Part shown: piece by piece, positions 11,601 to 25,349 of the stretch
Position numbering within the stretch: the first letter of the stretch is position 1
How the letters are laid out: every line of letters begins with the position of its first letter
Notes under the pieces: generated by a model
Databases searched by the model: none
What the model saw: the letters and a program-made list of their open reading frames with translations, nothing else
What the model was told of the DNA's origin: nothing
Program-made: the position numbers and the translations under genes
Source of the DNA: Raillietiella orientalis
Lineage: Eukaryota
Reading direction: 5' to 3'
Length of the DNA stretch: 64,000 nt
Assembly (NCBI GenBank): GCA_036172245.1
Contig: JAYWIR010000002.1
Span: 2,356,001 to 2,420,000 of the forward strand

Positions 11601-14600
11601 AAATGGACCCAAAGCAGTTCGACAATCCCTTTTATTTTCACCTTCCCCAGAAGATCCTCCCATCGGTCGTAACCTTTGCTGAATCTCGGTCGCATCTTAA
11701 AATAAAACTTTCCTCTTCTCTATATCTGATGCGCTGAGATCCAACCGCAGTGTACTGCCCCCGGGGACTTTCACTTGTGCTTCTTGTAGTAGTTGGCGCT
11801 GAAAAGGAAAAACAAAGTCCGGACATCAGCAACTGCCGCTGCCGCCGCCGCCACTGCTGCTGGCGGAGAAAGTCGAAAGGGGGTCTTAAAAATAGCCGGA
11901 GAGGGCGGACCGGACCGATTTGGACGAGAAGGCGGGGGGGGGGGGAGGGTTGTGGAATTCCGCGCTCTATGAGGCGCACGTGCAGGCGAGGCCAAGAATC
12001 GGAATTACTGTGGTGCGGCGTGGACGCGCACCCTTGAGGAGAGACGGGGCACGGGGAGATGCGAGCGAGGCAGGGAATCCGAGGGAGGCCCTGTCGGGAG
12101 CAGAGGAAGCCTACAAGCGAGATCGTATCCCAGGAACGGGAGGGCATTTCCCGAGACGTGCGCACGCTTGCGCACTTCGGAGCTCTGCGTTCAAGGGGAA
12201 AACGGGAAGTCCGGTAAAGGCAAAAGGATCCTCCTCTACCGCGCTCCAGGTGCAACTGGGGGATCTGCATTTTGCTCACCTTTCACCGGCTCCAGATGGT
12301 AGATGGGATCTTCCGAAGAAGAGTGTGATGGTTTGGACGAGAAGGAAGTGAGAAATGAGCGAGCCTCATCGTAGGGAACGCCCACAGGGAAAAATCAAAG
12401 GCGGCCGTCGTGCTCGGGCAAGAAGGTTTCCGGGAGTGGTTCGGCGAAGGAAGAGAGGGTAGGAGGCTGCAGACGCTCGGGCTGCCCGCTGATGGCAGCC
12501 GGAGGAGGACACGAGCAGGAGGAGGCAGGTTGCCGGCGTGAGCTGCGGCTCACGGCATCGGCCAGGGATACGAGGGAGGGAAGCTGCGGTCCAAACTGCG
12601 GGTTTTCCGGAGAAATGGTGGTCCTCGACGCATTCGCGGTTCTCGGATCAAGAGCAGAAGCTTGAAGTCTCGGATGAAAGGAGAGTGGGAGGGTCCAACG
12701 ACTGAAAGCAAAGATACGAAAGGGACAAGGCGCCGCCGTTTCTGTGGAGGCAGAGACGAGGAGAAGGACTAAAATTGCGACAGAGAAGATAGGAAAAAAA
12801 AAACGAATACTCTGAAGACTTTCATGGGTCAGAGCTGACCATGACGCAGCTCCCCTCTGCTGTGGAAGGAATGCCACGGGTCTGAAGTTTCTCCTGTCAG
12901 TGAGTGACACGATCAAAGTCGGGGGTGGGGTGGAAAGGGACCGCCGTTCCCCCCTTTTTGCACAAGACGCAGATCCTTAAGCTCTTGGGAGTTTCCCTTG
13001 AAAATGCATGGGGCCTTGGCGAATTTTAGTGGCGCTGAAAGCGGAAGTTGCACAGTGGTACCGTGAAAGCCTTTGTGCTCTTGAGATTTTCCGGACAGAA
13101 GGACGGAGACCCGGACTGGAGACCAACCCAAGTGTGCAGTCCCGAGAGATGCTTTTAAGAATATCTCGAGCGAAGGATTGGGAAAGGATGTCACGGAGGC
13201 AATAAATCGGAAGCGAAAAAGAAAGGTGAAGCCATGACAACAAAGGAGGTTTGGAAGATCTCAGGCCGGCGGCGGGCGAACGATTTCGCCTGCATCCCTC
13301 TCTGCCCACTCACATCTCCGCTGGCCTTCTGCAGCCATGAGGATCGATCAGGATCCCGCGCCTGCAGGAGGAGGAGGAACAGCGGCGCAAAAGCTTCCAG
13401 CACAAACAAAAGATGATGGTGGTTCAGGAGGAAGGAAAAAGAGAAGGGAAAGAAAGAGGAAAAGAAGCAAACAATCTGAGCCGAACGCTCAAGGACACCG
13501 GAGCATGGCCTGAGTGTCCAGAGGGCGTTTCCTCCCGACCGTAGAAAAATCGAGAAAGGAAACTTGAAATAACCAGAAACGTGAGAAACCGGGGGCGCTT
13601 TCCGGAGGCGCTTTCGGAGGTGACCCAGAAACAAAACGCAAAACGGGTGAGCCGAACGGAGCCCGAGGTCACGGGGATGGCTGTGACTGGTAAAGCTTCC
13701 GAGTCTGGCGGGGGAAAGGAGGGGACGGCGCTCACGAATGCACGTTCGGAGGATGATGGGTGGTGTTCCGTTCCGGAATGCGGAGGAACTACCCTGGCAC
13801 AGGAGGATTCGGCAGAGAGACCCAACCTGGGGGGGGAGAGCCTTTCCTCTGCGTGATGTGGACTGCAGGGCGGGGGGAGAGGAGGAACCGTCTCCACGAA
13901 GCCAAGCAGCGTCTGGAACATCAGGAATGGAGGGGGACTCCGCGAGCGCGGCCCGAGCGAGTGACGGAGGGTGGGGGTGGAGCGCGTCTGGTCCAGACGA
14001 CCAGGAAGTGCCGCGCGGGCTGCATCACGGTGAGCATCTCCGCGACCCGGGAGCGAGGGGATGGGGAGAAGAAATGAAGACCCTAGTCAACCCCACGACG
14101 GTTCCCCTGGCAGGAAAAGGGTAGACCCACTCTCGACAGCAGCGGCAGCACGCCGCTCCCGGCGGAGGAGCTCCCCTCTGTGAAGATCGACGGTCTTGCG
14201 GTGCACCTCCTGTCCAGAGATGCCTCGGCAGCCAGGAAGAACGAACAGGGAGGAATCTGACGGGAGGAGAACTCCCCGCAGCGAGGAAGTGCCCCAGCAT
14301 CCTCGAAGATGCAGGTCGTAGTAGGACCCGCAAAAGGAAGGAAGTGGAGCTTCCTTCCCGTTTGTTTGCTTCCGAACCTCTCTGGGACTGCGCCGCCCCA
14401 CGTCAGCCATCAGGGAGATCGGCGCCTGGGACGACTGCCCTTCCTCCACTCCGAACGCCACCCCGAGGGACCCCTGCTTCCGAAAAGGCGAGAATCCGGG
14501 AGTGGAGCCTCGAGAGCGCATGCCAGGGGCGAGTGGGGGAAGATGGTGGGGTAGGGGTGGCAGGCGATCAGGTCCCCGGGAGGAAGAAGGAATGTACCAC

Positions 14601-17600
14601 TACCCTCTTTGCTGGCTACCCCACCTAAGCAGGACGGATAGGACGAGACCAGGGGCGCCATGGGGTCATGGGGTGAGGTGGACTAGGAAGGAGAGTGACT
14701 TGTGCGAGCCGTCCCATACCCGAGCGGACGAAGCCCGGAGGCAGATCCAGGAGAATGGCTCTGCGATTTATCTCGGCGGCAGCCTCTCCCATTGGTTCCG
14801 AGCGCTGCAGGAACCGGCAGCGAGTCGCAGGCGTCCCTGGAGAATCGGGGAGGTAGGGGGGGAAGAGCTGGGGGATCCCTCAAGCTGAAGGGGAAGGGGG
14901 GAAGAGGATGCCGGAAGCGATCAGAGCAAGTCTTTCGGGAAGAGAACATCTGGGTTCGGGAAAGCGAACGGACGTGCCACGGAGGGTAGGGAATGCCCGT
15001 TGGAGCCTTGGAAAAGGTTCCTGCCATACGGCTGAGCCTGCGAGCGGTCGTGTCGGGGCGGGAATGCAGAATACCACTGCATCCACTGGATGATTTCCTC
15101 CGAGTGGAGGGGAGTGACGAAGAGTCAGCTCGTGGGAAAGGAAGGGGGGGAGGAGGTAAGAATGACCGCTCTTCTCTCGATAGTTCCCTTCCCTCCTCCC
15201 CGGCGTGCGCGCCTTCTTCCTCCCGGAGACCGGCGGCACTGCCTCGGGGTCTCACCGTCCACCCTCCTCATTCAACCCCTCCCACGCACCCCTGAAATGC
15301 TTCTCCCCCCTGCCGTCTCCCTTCCGGTTTCTTTCGCACGTCAAGTTCGCAGGAACCTCGATCGTGGGGAAGAGGGAAAGAGGATCTTTCTGGACGGTGC
15401 CTCCTGAGGCTGCGGAAAAGGGGCGATCCCGACCTGTCCGGAAGAGGTCGGGAACGCGCGTGCCAGCTGCGTTTCCTCGAGGAGCGCCCCTCCGATTGCG
15501 GAGCGACAGCTCCTCCAGGCTTGGCGATCTCTCCGGCACCCCAGTCAGTTCCGAGTCAGCTCTCGACCCTGGAGCGGCGACGGGAGACGGTCATCCTCTG
15601 CTTCTCGAGCCCCATGACGTGGAGGGGGGTAGGAGGTAGGTCACGGATGAAGGCGAGCGGGAGCTCCAGGAAAAGGGGCGCGCGGGTTCTCTGGCTCTTC
15701 GATCTCGAGATCACCTTTCCCGGGCGTCGGCTTCTTCCCGATTCCCCCTCCAACTCGCACCCGCTAGACTCCCCTCCCTGCCTCGGAACGAGATTCTCCT
15801 GGGGAAGGGGAGCAGGACTCCCGAGCAGCCCCTCGATCGAGAGTTCCGCGAACAAAGCGACCACACGGTCGCACTGCATGGAGGGGGAGGAGCGCCTGCC
15901 GCCGGTGGATTCCTCCCTGGGCGCTGGAAAGCCAAGAATTCGACGACCAGCGAAAGCAGGCGGAGGCCGGCGAGCATTCTGAGCCGTCCTCTCCGCACCT
16001 TGGCGAGGGAAAGGGCGGCGGCTACGGCTCGGGGACATTGGCGACCTCGCGCAAGCGCGGAAGAGGCCAGAGATGGCCCGAGCGCACCTCCTTCTCCCCC
16101 GACACACCCCCTGCTGCACTCCCATGCCGCTGCCGGCTCGTCCTATCCGGGGGTACGGGGCCATCTGCGGAGGGCGGCGAGGATCCCCTCAAAGGGGAAA
16201 GGTTGTCGGGGGAGGGAGGCAAGTCGAGAAGTGTCCTGCCGCGAGTGAAATCTCCGACCCGAGAGGGAAGGGTTCCCTTGTCGGGAAGCGACCACCTGGG
16301 GTTTCTCCTGTGCCCACCAGTCCCTTCCCGAAAGGGGGGGAGAAACATGACGAAACGGGTGCTTCCCGGCGCCGCTCGACCGGTGAAAGGGCTCTGCCCG
16401 TCACGTGGCGGTCGGATCTTCAAGGCAGATGCTGCTGAATGGCTCGGATGCCGGCATCTCTCCGAAGACTATAGGCGAAAACGAGGTCGGGTGAGTGGGA
16501 AAGGAACGTCTTCCGGATCTTCCGGGACGTCCGTCGACGTCCTGGAAGCACCGCCGATGCCGCGTCAGGACGGAGGATCCGGATCGGATGCTGAAAGGTT
16601 GCAGACAGGGCGGCTGTCGAGAGAAAGCGCTCTGTGGGCATTGGTGGGAACGGGAGAGAGATGAAGGCGGTCGGTCGACGTGGTGCCCGCAGCTGCCGCT
16701 TCCGCGATTCCCGGTAACGCCACGAGAGACTCCCGCGCCTGTAGTGCCGCGAGCACGGGACGAAATCTCCCATTCCCTTCTGCTGCAGCTGCGGGTACCA
16801 CGTCGACTGATCAGGAAAGAAGCCGGGGGGGGAGGGGAGCGAATGCAGCTTCCCCCTTCTCCGTCGGGAAAGAAGCGTGCAAATCGGGCGCGGAGGAAAC
16901 TCGGGAAAAGGAACGGCCCAAAAGGTTCCTCGGACCTGAGCAAGGAGGGAGACCCGCCTCTCTTGTCGCTGCTTTTGCGCCCGGGGCGTCTGCCCGATGG
17001 AACGAGTTGAAAGTTCAAAATTCGGCGGAAAAAGAGGAGGTGGAGAGAGGAAGAGAGAGACAGAAGGGAGCGAATTTCAAGCACGTGAGGAGAGCGGGAA
17101 GGACGAAAAAGACGTCTTTTTTCCCGGCAGGCGCTATCGGACGGGCACGGCGAGACGCTTCCGTCCGCAAGGGACGGGCTCCGCCAGAGGGGACGGAAAA
17201 ACGGGATGAAGACGAGAAGAAAAAAAGAAGGGGAAGGAGGGGATCCGGACGGGACGTGCAGCCCCCTTCCGACAGCGCAGGAGGTTATTCGTAGGCGCAA
17301 GAAACCACCCGATTCCCGAGTCTGCCTAACCTTCCCCAGGCGAGCGGAGGTGAAGCACGAGAGATGGCGGCTTCCACGAGAGTCTCCCACTCTCTGCGAA
17401 TCGAAACCGCGTCCCAGCATCCAAAAACTGGCGTTAAAAAAAGGGGGGAGGAATATAGAGCTCTTCCAGACGGGAGGAATTCGGAGTGCGTCTCGCTCCC
17501 TCGCCGGCTTTGCATCCGGGGAGTCTTTCGTCCGCAGCTCCTGGCGATCCTAGCGTTCAGATGCGACCGTCTACGAGCAACTTCCGCGGTCGGGTGCACC

Positions 17601-20119
17601 TCGCTCTTTCTCGGAGAACCCTGCCGCTGCAATCTGGTCTTTTCGGTGAGAAAGAAAAGCCGGACTGATGCGCAGTCGGAGCCGGATGGGACGGGAGTGA
17701 TTGGACCCCTCATCCCCCCCTTTATCCCCTCATCCACCGAAACGGAGTTCTCGGACGCTGTCAGATGGGTTTTCAGAGGGGAGACTAAAGAGGAAAGGCG
17801 GGACCCCAGGCTGGCTGGGCAGCTCAGAGCCTCCAGTCCGGAGAATTGAGAGGGGAGGGCCGGGCGACCGCTGCATCCCCTGAAAAGACGATCTCCGCTT
17901 TCGAACGCACCTCCGTTTAGACCGGAACTCTGAGAAGGCTGTCGCCTCGGCGACCAGGTGCCTCCTGGAGTCCTCGCGAAACTGGTTCCCCGGCTACGCA
18001 TCCCGAGGTTTCCCAAGATCAGGCGAACCAGCCAGAGAGATGATGTCTTCAGGTAGCGGAGGTGCTCCAGGTTCTTCGGGAGCAACGCCTCCAGCGGTTT
18101 CATGAGATCACCTTGCGTGGCTCCTTCGTTTGACGCCGGGTTGCGCGTGCGGAAATCGACAACCGGGCGGGAGCTTTCCCGTATGTGGACCGCCACTTTA
18201 ATTTCTGCAGGTCACTGTCCACTCACTTAACGCTACCCCGTTGCCTGGTGAAGTCGTAGACATGAAAGCCACGTGAACACGGAATGAAGCAAGCGGTGCG
18301 CTCGCGGCACGGTAGCGAACTCACCGCTGAGGATCTTGCGCAATGCTCATAGCTGCTCGTAGCAACCACCCGCATTCCTCGAAGGGAGAATCGGAAACAA
18401 TGAAACCGCAAGATGCAGCAAGCCCTGGCAGAGATCGACAGCAAGCAGAAAGCGCGAGACGAGGAGAACCTTCCAGAACGCCGTCTCTAGCTGACGGACG
18501 AAGACGGAGATGGAAAGAGCGAACGACAAACCGGTGGATGAACGGGATCCAAAGGATGAGAGTGGACCACCCAATCAGGTGGAACTCACCTCCGAAGCTT
18601 CCGGCCAATGCCGAGAAGCAGCATCAAAGGGAGCTGCTGATCCTCGGAGTTTTCGGGCAGGAAACTCCGCGGATACCTGCATGGAGACGCGCCTCGTCCC
18701 TAAGCGCTCCCGACTCGTCCTGAGAAGAGGGGGAAACCGAATCTTCCAGGACGTCAGTGGATCCTGCATCGCGAAGCCGGTTTCTTCCGGAGCGTTCCCC
18801 GGGGCCCTGGATCTCCTCCCTCTTCTCATCCCACCTCCCACTGGCTAGATGTAATCACCAGCCAGTCTGACCTTGAAGAACTCTCCAGTGCTCACCGAAT
18901 CTTCTCGCAGCTCTTCGTGCAGACGGGTAGAAGCTCCACCCTCATGCATCTCCCCTTCGTCCGCGGAGATGCAGAGACTGAGGCTGGCATCTGCTGTCTG
19001 ATCTTTTCCCCATTTTCCGGACACAGTGAATCCAGGTCATGGACGGAAAAGAGGGACTTTTCGAAGTCCTGAAGGGGCTTTCGAAACGACCTTTACTCGG
19101 CTGATCTCTCTTGAGAGATTCGCCTTCCTCGAGAGGAACGCCGAACGGCGGATCTTGCGGCCTTCAAGCCGTAAGCGCGCACGGGAAAGGAGCCACGAGC
19201 CAAGCGTCGGGGGAGCGAAAATCAGGGAGGGAAGGAGGTAAGCTCTTGCTGTTTTTGAAAAGGGGATCGCCACAAACTCCATCCTGGCAAGGTTCGTGGG
19301 ATCCGTTCTTGAGGAAGGGGAGCGGGAAAATGGCCGCCGCATCCCTAGGTGTTTGCTCGAAGAGAAAGATGGAGCTGCACAGAGCTACGGGGTGTCGGAC
19401 GGACGTAACTGCGACGGAATAACAGATAAGCGCAACACCTTCTGAAAGCCAGGAAGACGGAGCCGTACTCGTTTGGCGTGGCGAATCGAAACCTCACCGA
19501 GGTTGTCATGCCAACGCTCATTCTCTCTGTCGAGATGCTCGACGAGAGGGAAGGCAAAAAAAAAAAAAAAGCAGCACTTGCGTGCCGGCTCAAAAGGCAG
19601 CCGTGGCCTGTCCGGAGTACAAGCACAACGCAGCGGCGAGTCTGGCTGGGTTGTCCGGGTTTCCAGATGCTGCAGCGCAGCCGGAAGTCGGAGAGAACTT
19701 CGGAGAGAGAATTCATCTGCGGACGCTTGTTTGGAATTACAAAACGAGAGAATCGGTGGCTGGTAGGGCGGCAGGCGTCAAATCTTACCACCAGGCAGTG
19801 GCTTATCCAGGACAGTAACGGGAATGGGCACTTGGCCACTTCTGAGAAAAAATGCTTCTGCCCGGTTGCAGAGTCCGTTTCCATCCCCTCCCCCCTCCCC
19901 GAAAGCATTGGAAGATGAAGTTTTCAAGCATCTTTTGTACTCCTCTTCAAGGATAGCAAATGCTTTTTTCTTTTTCCTGCAGAGGAATGGTTTTCCTTGC
20001 TGGAAACTACCTACAAGCTATGTCAGTCACAAAAAGAAAAAGACGAGAGACGGGAAGGGGGGAGAAAGAAAGCTCGGAGCGTCCTTCGTCTTGTATGGGA
20101 ACGCGTGATGAAAAGGAAG

Positions 20120-20151
20120 GCTTTCCGGAAGGCGAAAGCCTTCCGGAAAGC
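20120..20151. repeat. Perfect inverted repeat (14-bp stem, GAAA loop)
   Basis: gctttccggaaggc-gaaa-gccttccggaaagc, read directly from the sequence. Confidence 0.9.
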
Positions 20152-22175
20152 ATGGGAACAAAAAAAAGAAGAAGAAGAAGAAGAGAGAAAGAAAAGAAAA
20201 GAAAAAAGGAAAGAGGGGGAAAAATGTGTGCTCTGAACGAATCACTTTCACTTTCGCCTCACTTCTCATTTGACTGATAGATTTCTGAAGGAAACAAACC
20301 CATTGTGTCGTCCGCCCAACGCCTGTGCCGTGCAGGGTTGTACTATGCAGCCGCGGGGCTCCTGCGGAACCAGGAACGGTTGGAGAGGAAACAGAAGCTC
20401 TCTCTCCAGTGCTCCCTTGGTGCTGCTGCTGCCCACGCTGATGTCTCTCAGCAGTTTGCCTCTTGCAGCTCCACAGGAAATGCCCCATGCAGAGGTTCCA
20501 TAAGCAGGAGCAACGCGTGTGCAGGCATTCCCTGGCGCGCGCGCGAGAGAAGCCTGAAGAGGGGAAAGAAGAGCCGACGGAGCCACAGCAAATCGTTTCG
20601 GTTGCATCATTCGGCGGCGATTCATCCGAAGGTGAAGCCTTCAGTGCAGCTCTTTCACCCTTTTCCCGATTTCGGCAGAAGTGCTGCAACCGGGTTCGCA
20701 CGTCCCGCAGCCGTAAGCCCCAGAAGCGCGTAGGCGACCAGAAGTCCGTTTCCGCCTCTTTCCGCTCTGTACTCCCCCCGTCCCCTTCTCCTGCAAATAG
20801 TACGCGCGCGAAAACGAACACGAACACGAAGCCGAACACGCTTCTGCGGCGGCCAACGGTGGCCCAAGTGATGATGAGGGGGGAGGGAGGGGGAGAAGGT
20901 CCGAAACGCCCTCTTCGGAGGAGCGCGGGAAAAAAAAAAGAAAAAAAAAGGGCCTTACGTTTCTGGCACATGCTCCTTCGTTCGCGCACCACTCTCTCTT
21001 TTCTCTTCCTGTTTCGCACGCGCGCGACGCTCATTGCGTCCGCGCAGCGTGCCCGAGCGGCCGGGAAACGACGCTGGGAACGAATTCTGGCTTTCGCTTT
21101 CGCACGCCGTTTCTTCCCGTTCGGCGCTTTCCGGTGGTGAACTCGGTGGAAATTCCTCCTCCTCCCCCTCCCCCGAGCTCTCGGCGCCAGCTCAGCGTCT
21201 GTCTTTCTCCCGCACGCTGCTGCCCTTTCCTTTTGCAATCCTTTTCGAATCGGTCCGTGGATCTCTGGAGCAGAACGCGAGCCGCCCATCTCGGTTGTTG
21301 CTGCACCGCCGTGCCCAAGAGGGAGAAGTTCGCTCACTTGGGGGAGAGTGAGAAGCTTCCCAGTTATTCCGGGATGCCGACGTGTAACGTGCGCTGGTGC
21401 TCTGCTGTTCCGAAGTGGCAAATTCCCGCGGTTTCGCACCCTGGCAGCGCCAGGGGCACCGCGCCGGCTCTCTCGCGGGATCCCGCAACCATCCCGACAT
21501 GCCAACCTCGCTCTAGAAGGTTCACTTCCTGCCTGCAGAGGCGAAATCTCCCTCCTCCCCTCCCTTTCCTTCCCGGGTTTCCTTCCCCCGCGCGCGCGCT
21601 CGGAAAGCGAACTCCCGGGAGACTCGTTGCTTTGTCCAGAAACGTTCCTCTGTGGTGGTCCCGGGATCCTCGCTCTCTCTCTTTTTGCAGGCTGGTCGAA
21701 AGTCTCTGACAAGCAGGTGACCTCGGCGGCATCCCGAGGACCCGCTCCATTCGACACGGGGAGGGGGGGGGGGGAATTCGCGGAGGCGGGAGGGAACGGC
21801 GTCCGAAATTCACGCCTCCGACACACCGGAAAGATTCGCTCCCCCTCCCCCCCTAGCGGACTCAGACAGGCGTTCGGTTCCGCCGCTGGACCCGGAGATG
21901 CGCGATTCGATTGCATTGCAAATGGCCGAAAGGTGCGCGCGCGTCTCGCCGTCGGACTTCCCCTGACGCCAAGAGCGTACAACCCGGCGCGGAGGAGACA
22001 CGTGATGGGAACCGCGCGCACTCTCGGCACAGGAAAAAAAACGGTCTTTTTCTTCCCCTGGACCTTACGGTTAGCATCACTAGGTACGGACGAATCTCCG
22101 AAGCAGCTTTCCCTTCCTCGCCCACCGTGGGCAACGATGCGCATTTCCCAAAAAGAAAAAAAAACCGGAACTCAC

Positions 22176-22969
22176 CACAGAGGAACGTTTTCAGGATAAT
22201 CACAGGTCAGCGTATCACTGTTGAAGACTTTGCCTTCCTCGCAGCTGATGAGGCGAGGGTACCCGTTGACGCAGGTGATCAGGGTCGCGCAGCTCTTCGT
22301 AGGGAAGCGGGGGAAGGGCGCGAACTTGGCAGCAGGGTCCCAAGGAGGAAGGGTCTTGGGGCACTTGAAGCCCACGATTTCTGAAAGCGGAGGGGTGAGG
22401 CGGGGTGGGAGTGGGGTGGGCGGTGGATGCGCGCGCTTCTCGCACGCGCCGCATTCGATACCTTCGGGATCGCAGTCGGGCAGCAACAGGTCGGGCCAGT
22501 TGCAGGAGTGAATGAAATCGTCGTACGCCAGTCCGGGAGCGCACGCCTCCTCGTACGATTCCCCGTTGGCGCACTTAATGTAGGTGGTGCCGCATCCCGG
22601 CTTGGGATGAGCGAAGATGCCCCAGGCGTACTTGCATCCGGGGGTTTCCTCCCACGGAACCTGTCCTGGATCGGGAAGAGACGGCCACTGGTCGATACGC
22701 GCGGCCCATTCGCGGGAGCTACTAACGGGTCAAGCTGCGCTCCCCGCAGTCCACGGCCCAGTTGTAGTTGCAGTAGTTGTGGACGTAACTGCCCTTCCCG
22801 TCGAACTGCAGGCCGTTCTCGCAGGTCTCCAGGGTCAGAGTCCCGTTCTCGCATTTGTAAAATTGGTTGCAGAACTCCGGATGCGGGGACACCAGGACGG
22901 GACCGTAGGACTGCTCGCAGTTGGGAAGGTGAGGGAATTGCACGACGGCAGCGGGAGCTACGGGATAGT
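22176..22969 (-). CDS. Peritrophin-A: Peritrophin-A / CPAP3-D (obstructor family) cuticular protein with three chitin-binding type 2 (CBM14) domains; partial model
   Basis: Exons 22727-22969, 22462-22665 and 22176-22380 are joined by phase-compatible GT-AG introns (61 and 81 nt). They give 'FCNQFYKCENGTLTLETCENGLQFDGKGSYVHNYCNYNWAVDC...TTYIKCANG...CAPGLAYDDFIHSCNWPD...GFKCP...FPRFP...LITCVNGYPRLISC', which closely matches insect Peritrophin-A as I recall it. The first and last exons are not fixed. Confidence 0.9.
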
Positions 22970-23747
22970 CTGCGCTGATTTCGCGGGAAAACCGCAGGGG
23001 CGGAGGCGCGGCCTTCCCCTCAAAACGACGGCAAACAGAAACGGGAAGTGGTGGGGGCGGGGGAGGCGGCAGCTTGCGACGTTTTCACAAGGCGTTTCGC
23101 GAGACGGGGGGAAATAGCAGCAGCCAATCTTTCGGCTCTTCCCTTCCTTCTCTTCCCGCCACTTTCGTCTCCCTACCCCCCACCCCCCCACCCCCCTCTT
23201 TCTTCCGCCAAACAGTCTGCGCGCGAAAGCGAACGCCCGAACACGCTTCTGCGACGGCAAACAGAGGCCCCAGTGTGTGTGTGTGTGTGGGGGGGGGGGG
23301 GGAGTGAGGAGGACGGTCGTCGGGAACCGAAAACGGGAAGCCGCGGGGGCAGCCGGACTTTCCCTGTGGCCGGTGCGACCCTCTTGCGCCGTTTTACAAG
23401 GTGTTTCGCGAGACGGGGAAGACAGCAACGGAAAGATGCCTCCCCGGTGTTCTTTGCCTCCGCTTACTAGGTCAAGCAGCCTCCCTCGAGGGAACGGGGC
23501 GTGCCTCTTCCTCCTCAGGTGCTCTGTCACCATCCTTCCACAGAGTCCGGCTCTCGGATTCTTTTTTTCTTTTTTTGTGCGCTAAAAGGAGTGCTCGCTT
23601 GATCATCACGTCGTCGTTGGCTCGGGTGCTCCTCGCGCCCCCTACGGGAGCATCACCCCCGCCGCCGCCCTGCTATCAGAGGTGGGGAATCGATCCGACA
23701 CAGCGGCGTGGCACCTCTTCCCGAAGGTTCTCCGGAGGAAAGCGCAC

Positions 23748-23750
<3 letters not shown>

Positions 23751-23778
<28 letters not shown>
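23751..23778. repeat. (TC)n microsatellite
   Basis: About 14 consecutive TC units. Confidence 0.95.
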
Positions 23779-24088
23779 CGGAGCACTCATAAGTGACCCA
23801 GAAGAAGCTCTGCTTCCCGCAAGTGACCACAGGACTCGTCGCACCCTCCTGATCTTTGCGCCAACTGGCGAGAGGTGGTGCTTGCCATGTGGGTGGTACG
23901 TGCGCACCCGTCCGTGCCTACCGCGTCTGCGACTCTCGATCTCAAACGTGTCCTGCTTCCCAACGAAGCACGCGCGCAGCTGCGGGAGGTAGGAAGGGCG
24001 GGGAAGGGGGGGGGGGGGGAAGAATCGCTCGGAGTGACTTTTTGGAATGAAGCCGTTTTTTGGAATGCTGCCGGAGTCAGAAGCACAT

Positions 24089-24090
<2 letters not shown>

Positions 24091-24124
<34 letters not shown>
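24091..24124. repeat. (GCA)n microsatellite
   Basis: About 11 consecutive GCA units. A shorter run lies near 26729-26749. Confidence 0.95.
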
Positions 24125-24125
<1 letters not shown>

Positions 24126-25349
24126 GGCGAAGAACCCGGGGTATTGGGCTCGGCGCGACGGAACGGGCACGAGCGCCGCTTGTCCGTCGGGCGTTCGTCG
24201 GTTGGAGGTGCGGACGTTCGCGGGGATGGCTGCCACGAGAGTCGACGAGGCACCTCGTGACTGGGAAATCGTCGCACGCCATCGTGTTGGATCCCCTTCC
24301 TGCTGCGCACCCGGGGCGGGAGGGGGGAGGGAGCTGGAGGACGCGCCCAGGCTGGTGGAGTCCCGAGAGGACGCGCGGAGCGCGCAGAACGCGACCCCCT
24401 GGCTCGAGCAGGGATGGACGGGCCTGCTGCTGCGCTGCATGCCTTCTGCGAGTCCACCCAACACGTGCCCCCCACGAGTAAGATAAGGGGGAGGAGGAGG
24501 CAACGCACACACGCACCGCGCGCTGCATCTGCCAGCACACGATTCGTCGTACCGACCGACGTCCACCCGCGGTGAAGTGCGCGCGGCCGCACTCGAGGGG
24601 AAGGGCAGTGTCCCCCTCAAGTGCGCGATGGCTGCTGAGTGATGTGCGTTCAAAAGGTTGGAATGCGAGTGCCTTGAAGATTTCGGCTCAAGATCAGGAA
24701 ACTATGACAGCGCGTTGGCCTTGGCGACAGGATCTTGAAAATTTTTTCCGTTTTTTTTTTTTTTTTTTTTTTTTTTCTTTGGCGCGTGTGTGCGTGCGTG
24801 CGTGTGTCCCCCCACCTTGAGAAATTTAGGAGCGAAACAGTCCTCTTGACCGGAGTCGGCTGGAAAGGGATGTTCGTCGATGGAGGAGAAGGCCGAGGAA
24901 GGGGGTGGGAACGGAGGGGAAGACGACGGAAGATGGGAATGCTACCTGCTTGCTTCAGGTTGCTTTTCGTCCGTGCCGCGGAGAGGGGGGGGGGGGGTTT
25001 CGTTGGTCTCTCGTCAGTGTCGGCAGGGTCAAGGGATGGACGGGGCCGTTTCCGGTGAGCGGAATGTCAACTGGAGGTGGGGGGAGGAGAGGGAGGAGGA
25101 TCGTGCGGACCACAGGGGCGGGGAAGACGGGGAGCACAGCAGACGGGAGCAGACCCGCGCTGCAACGGGCGGGAAGTCGCGCGCGCGTCTAGCGACGAGG
25201 AGACGGCCGTCCTCCGGAGCCGGGCGAGCACTCTGGGGGCTCCCTCCCGCCAGAATCGCGCGCTTCGCCCCCGTGGTACTGCTTTCCGGGAGCATGGGCT
25301 TTCTCTCGGGGGAAGACGAGGACAGCGGATCAAATGAAACGTGCCATAC

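Noticed and set aside
17285..19020. Possible minus-strand spliced gene (gtgagt donors near 18325 and 18589)
   Set aside because: No phase-consistent open model or recognisable domain could be built, so it is left unannotated.
20027..22144. 705-aa minus-strand ORF
   Set aside because: It is Arg/Pro/Gly/Ser-rich, runs through homopolymer tracts (poly-F) and has no domain motif, as expected by chance at high GC. A short part could still be the last Peritrophin-A exon.
24047..24481. Apparent polyQ / polyL / polyS proteins
   Set aside because: They are translations of a (GCA)n microsatellite with no supporting exon structure.
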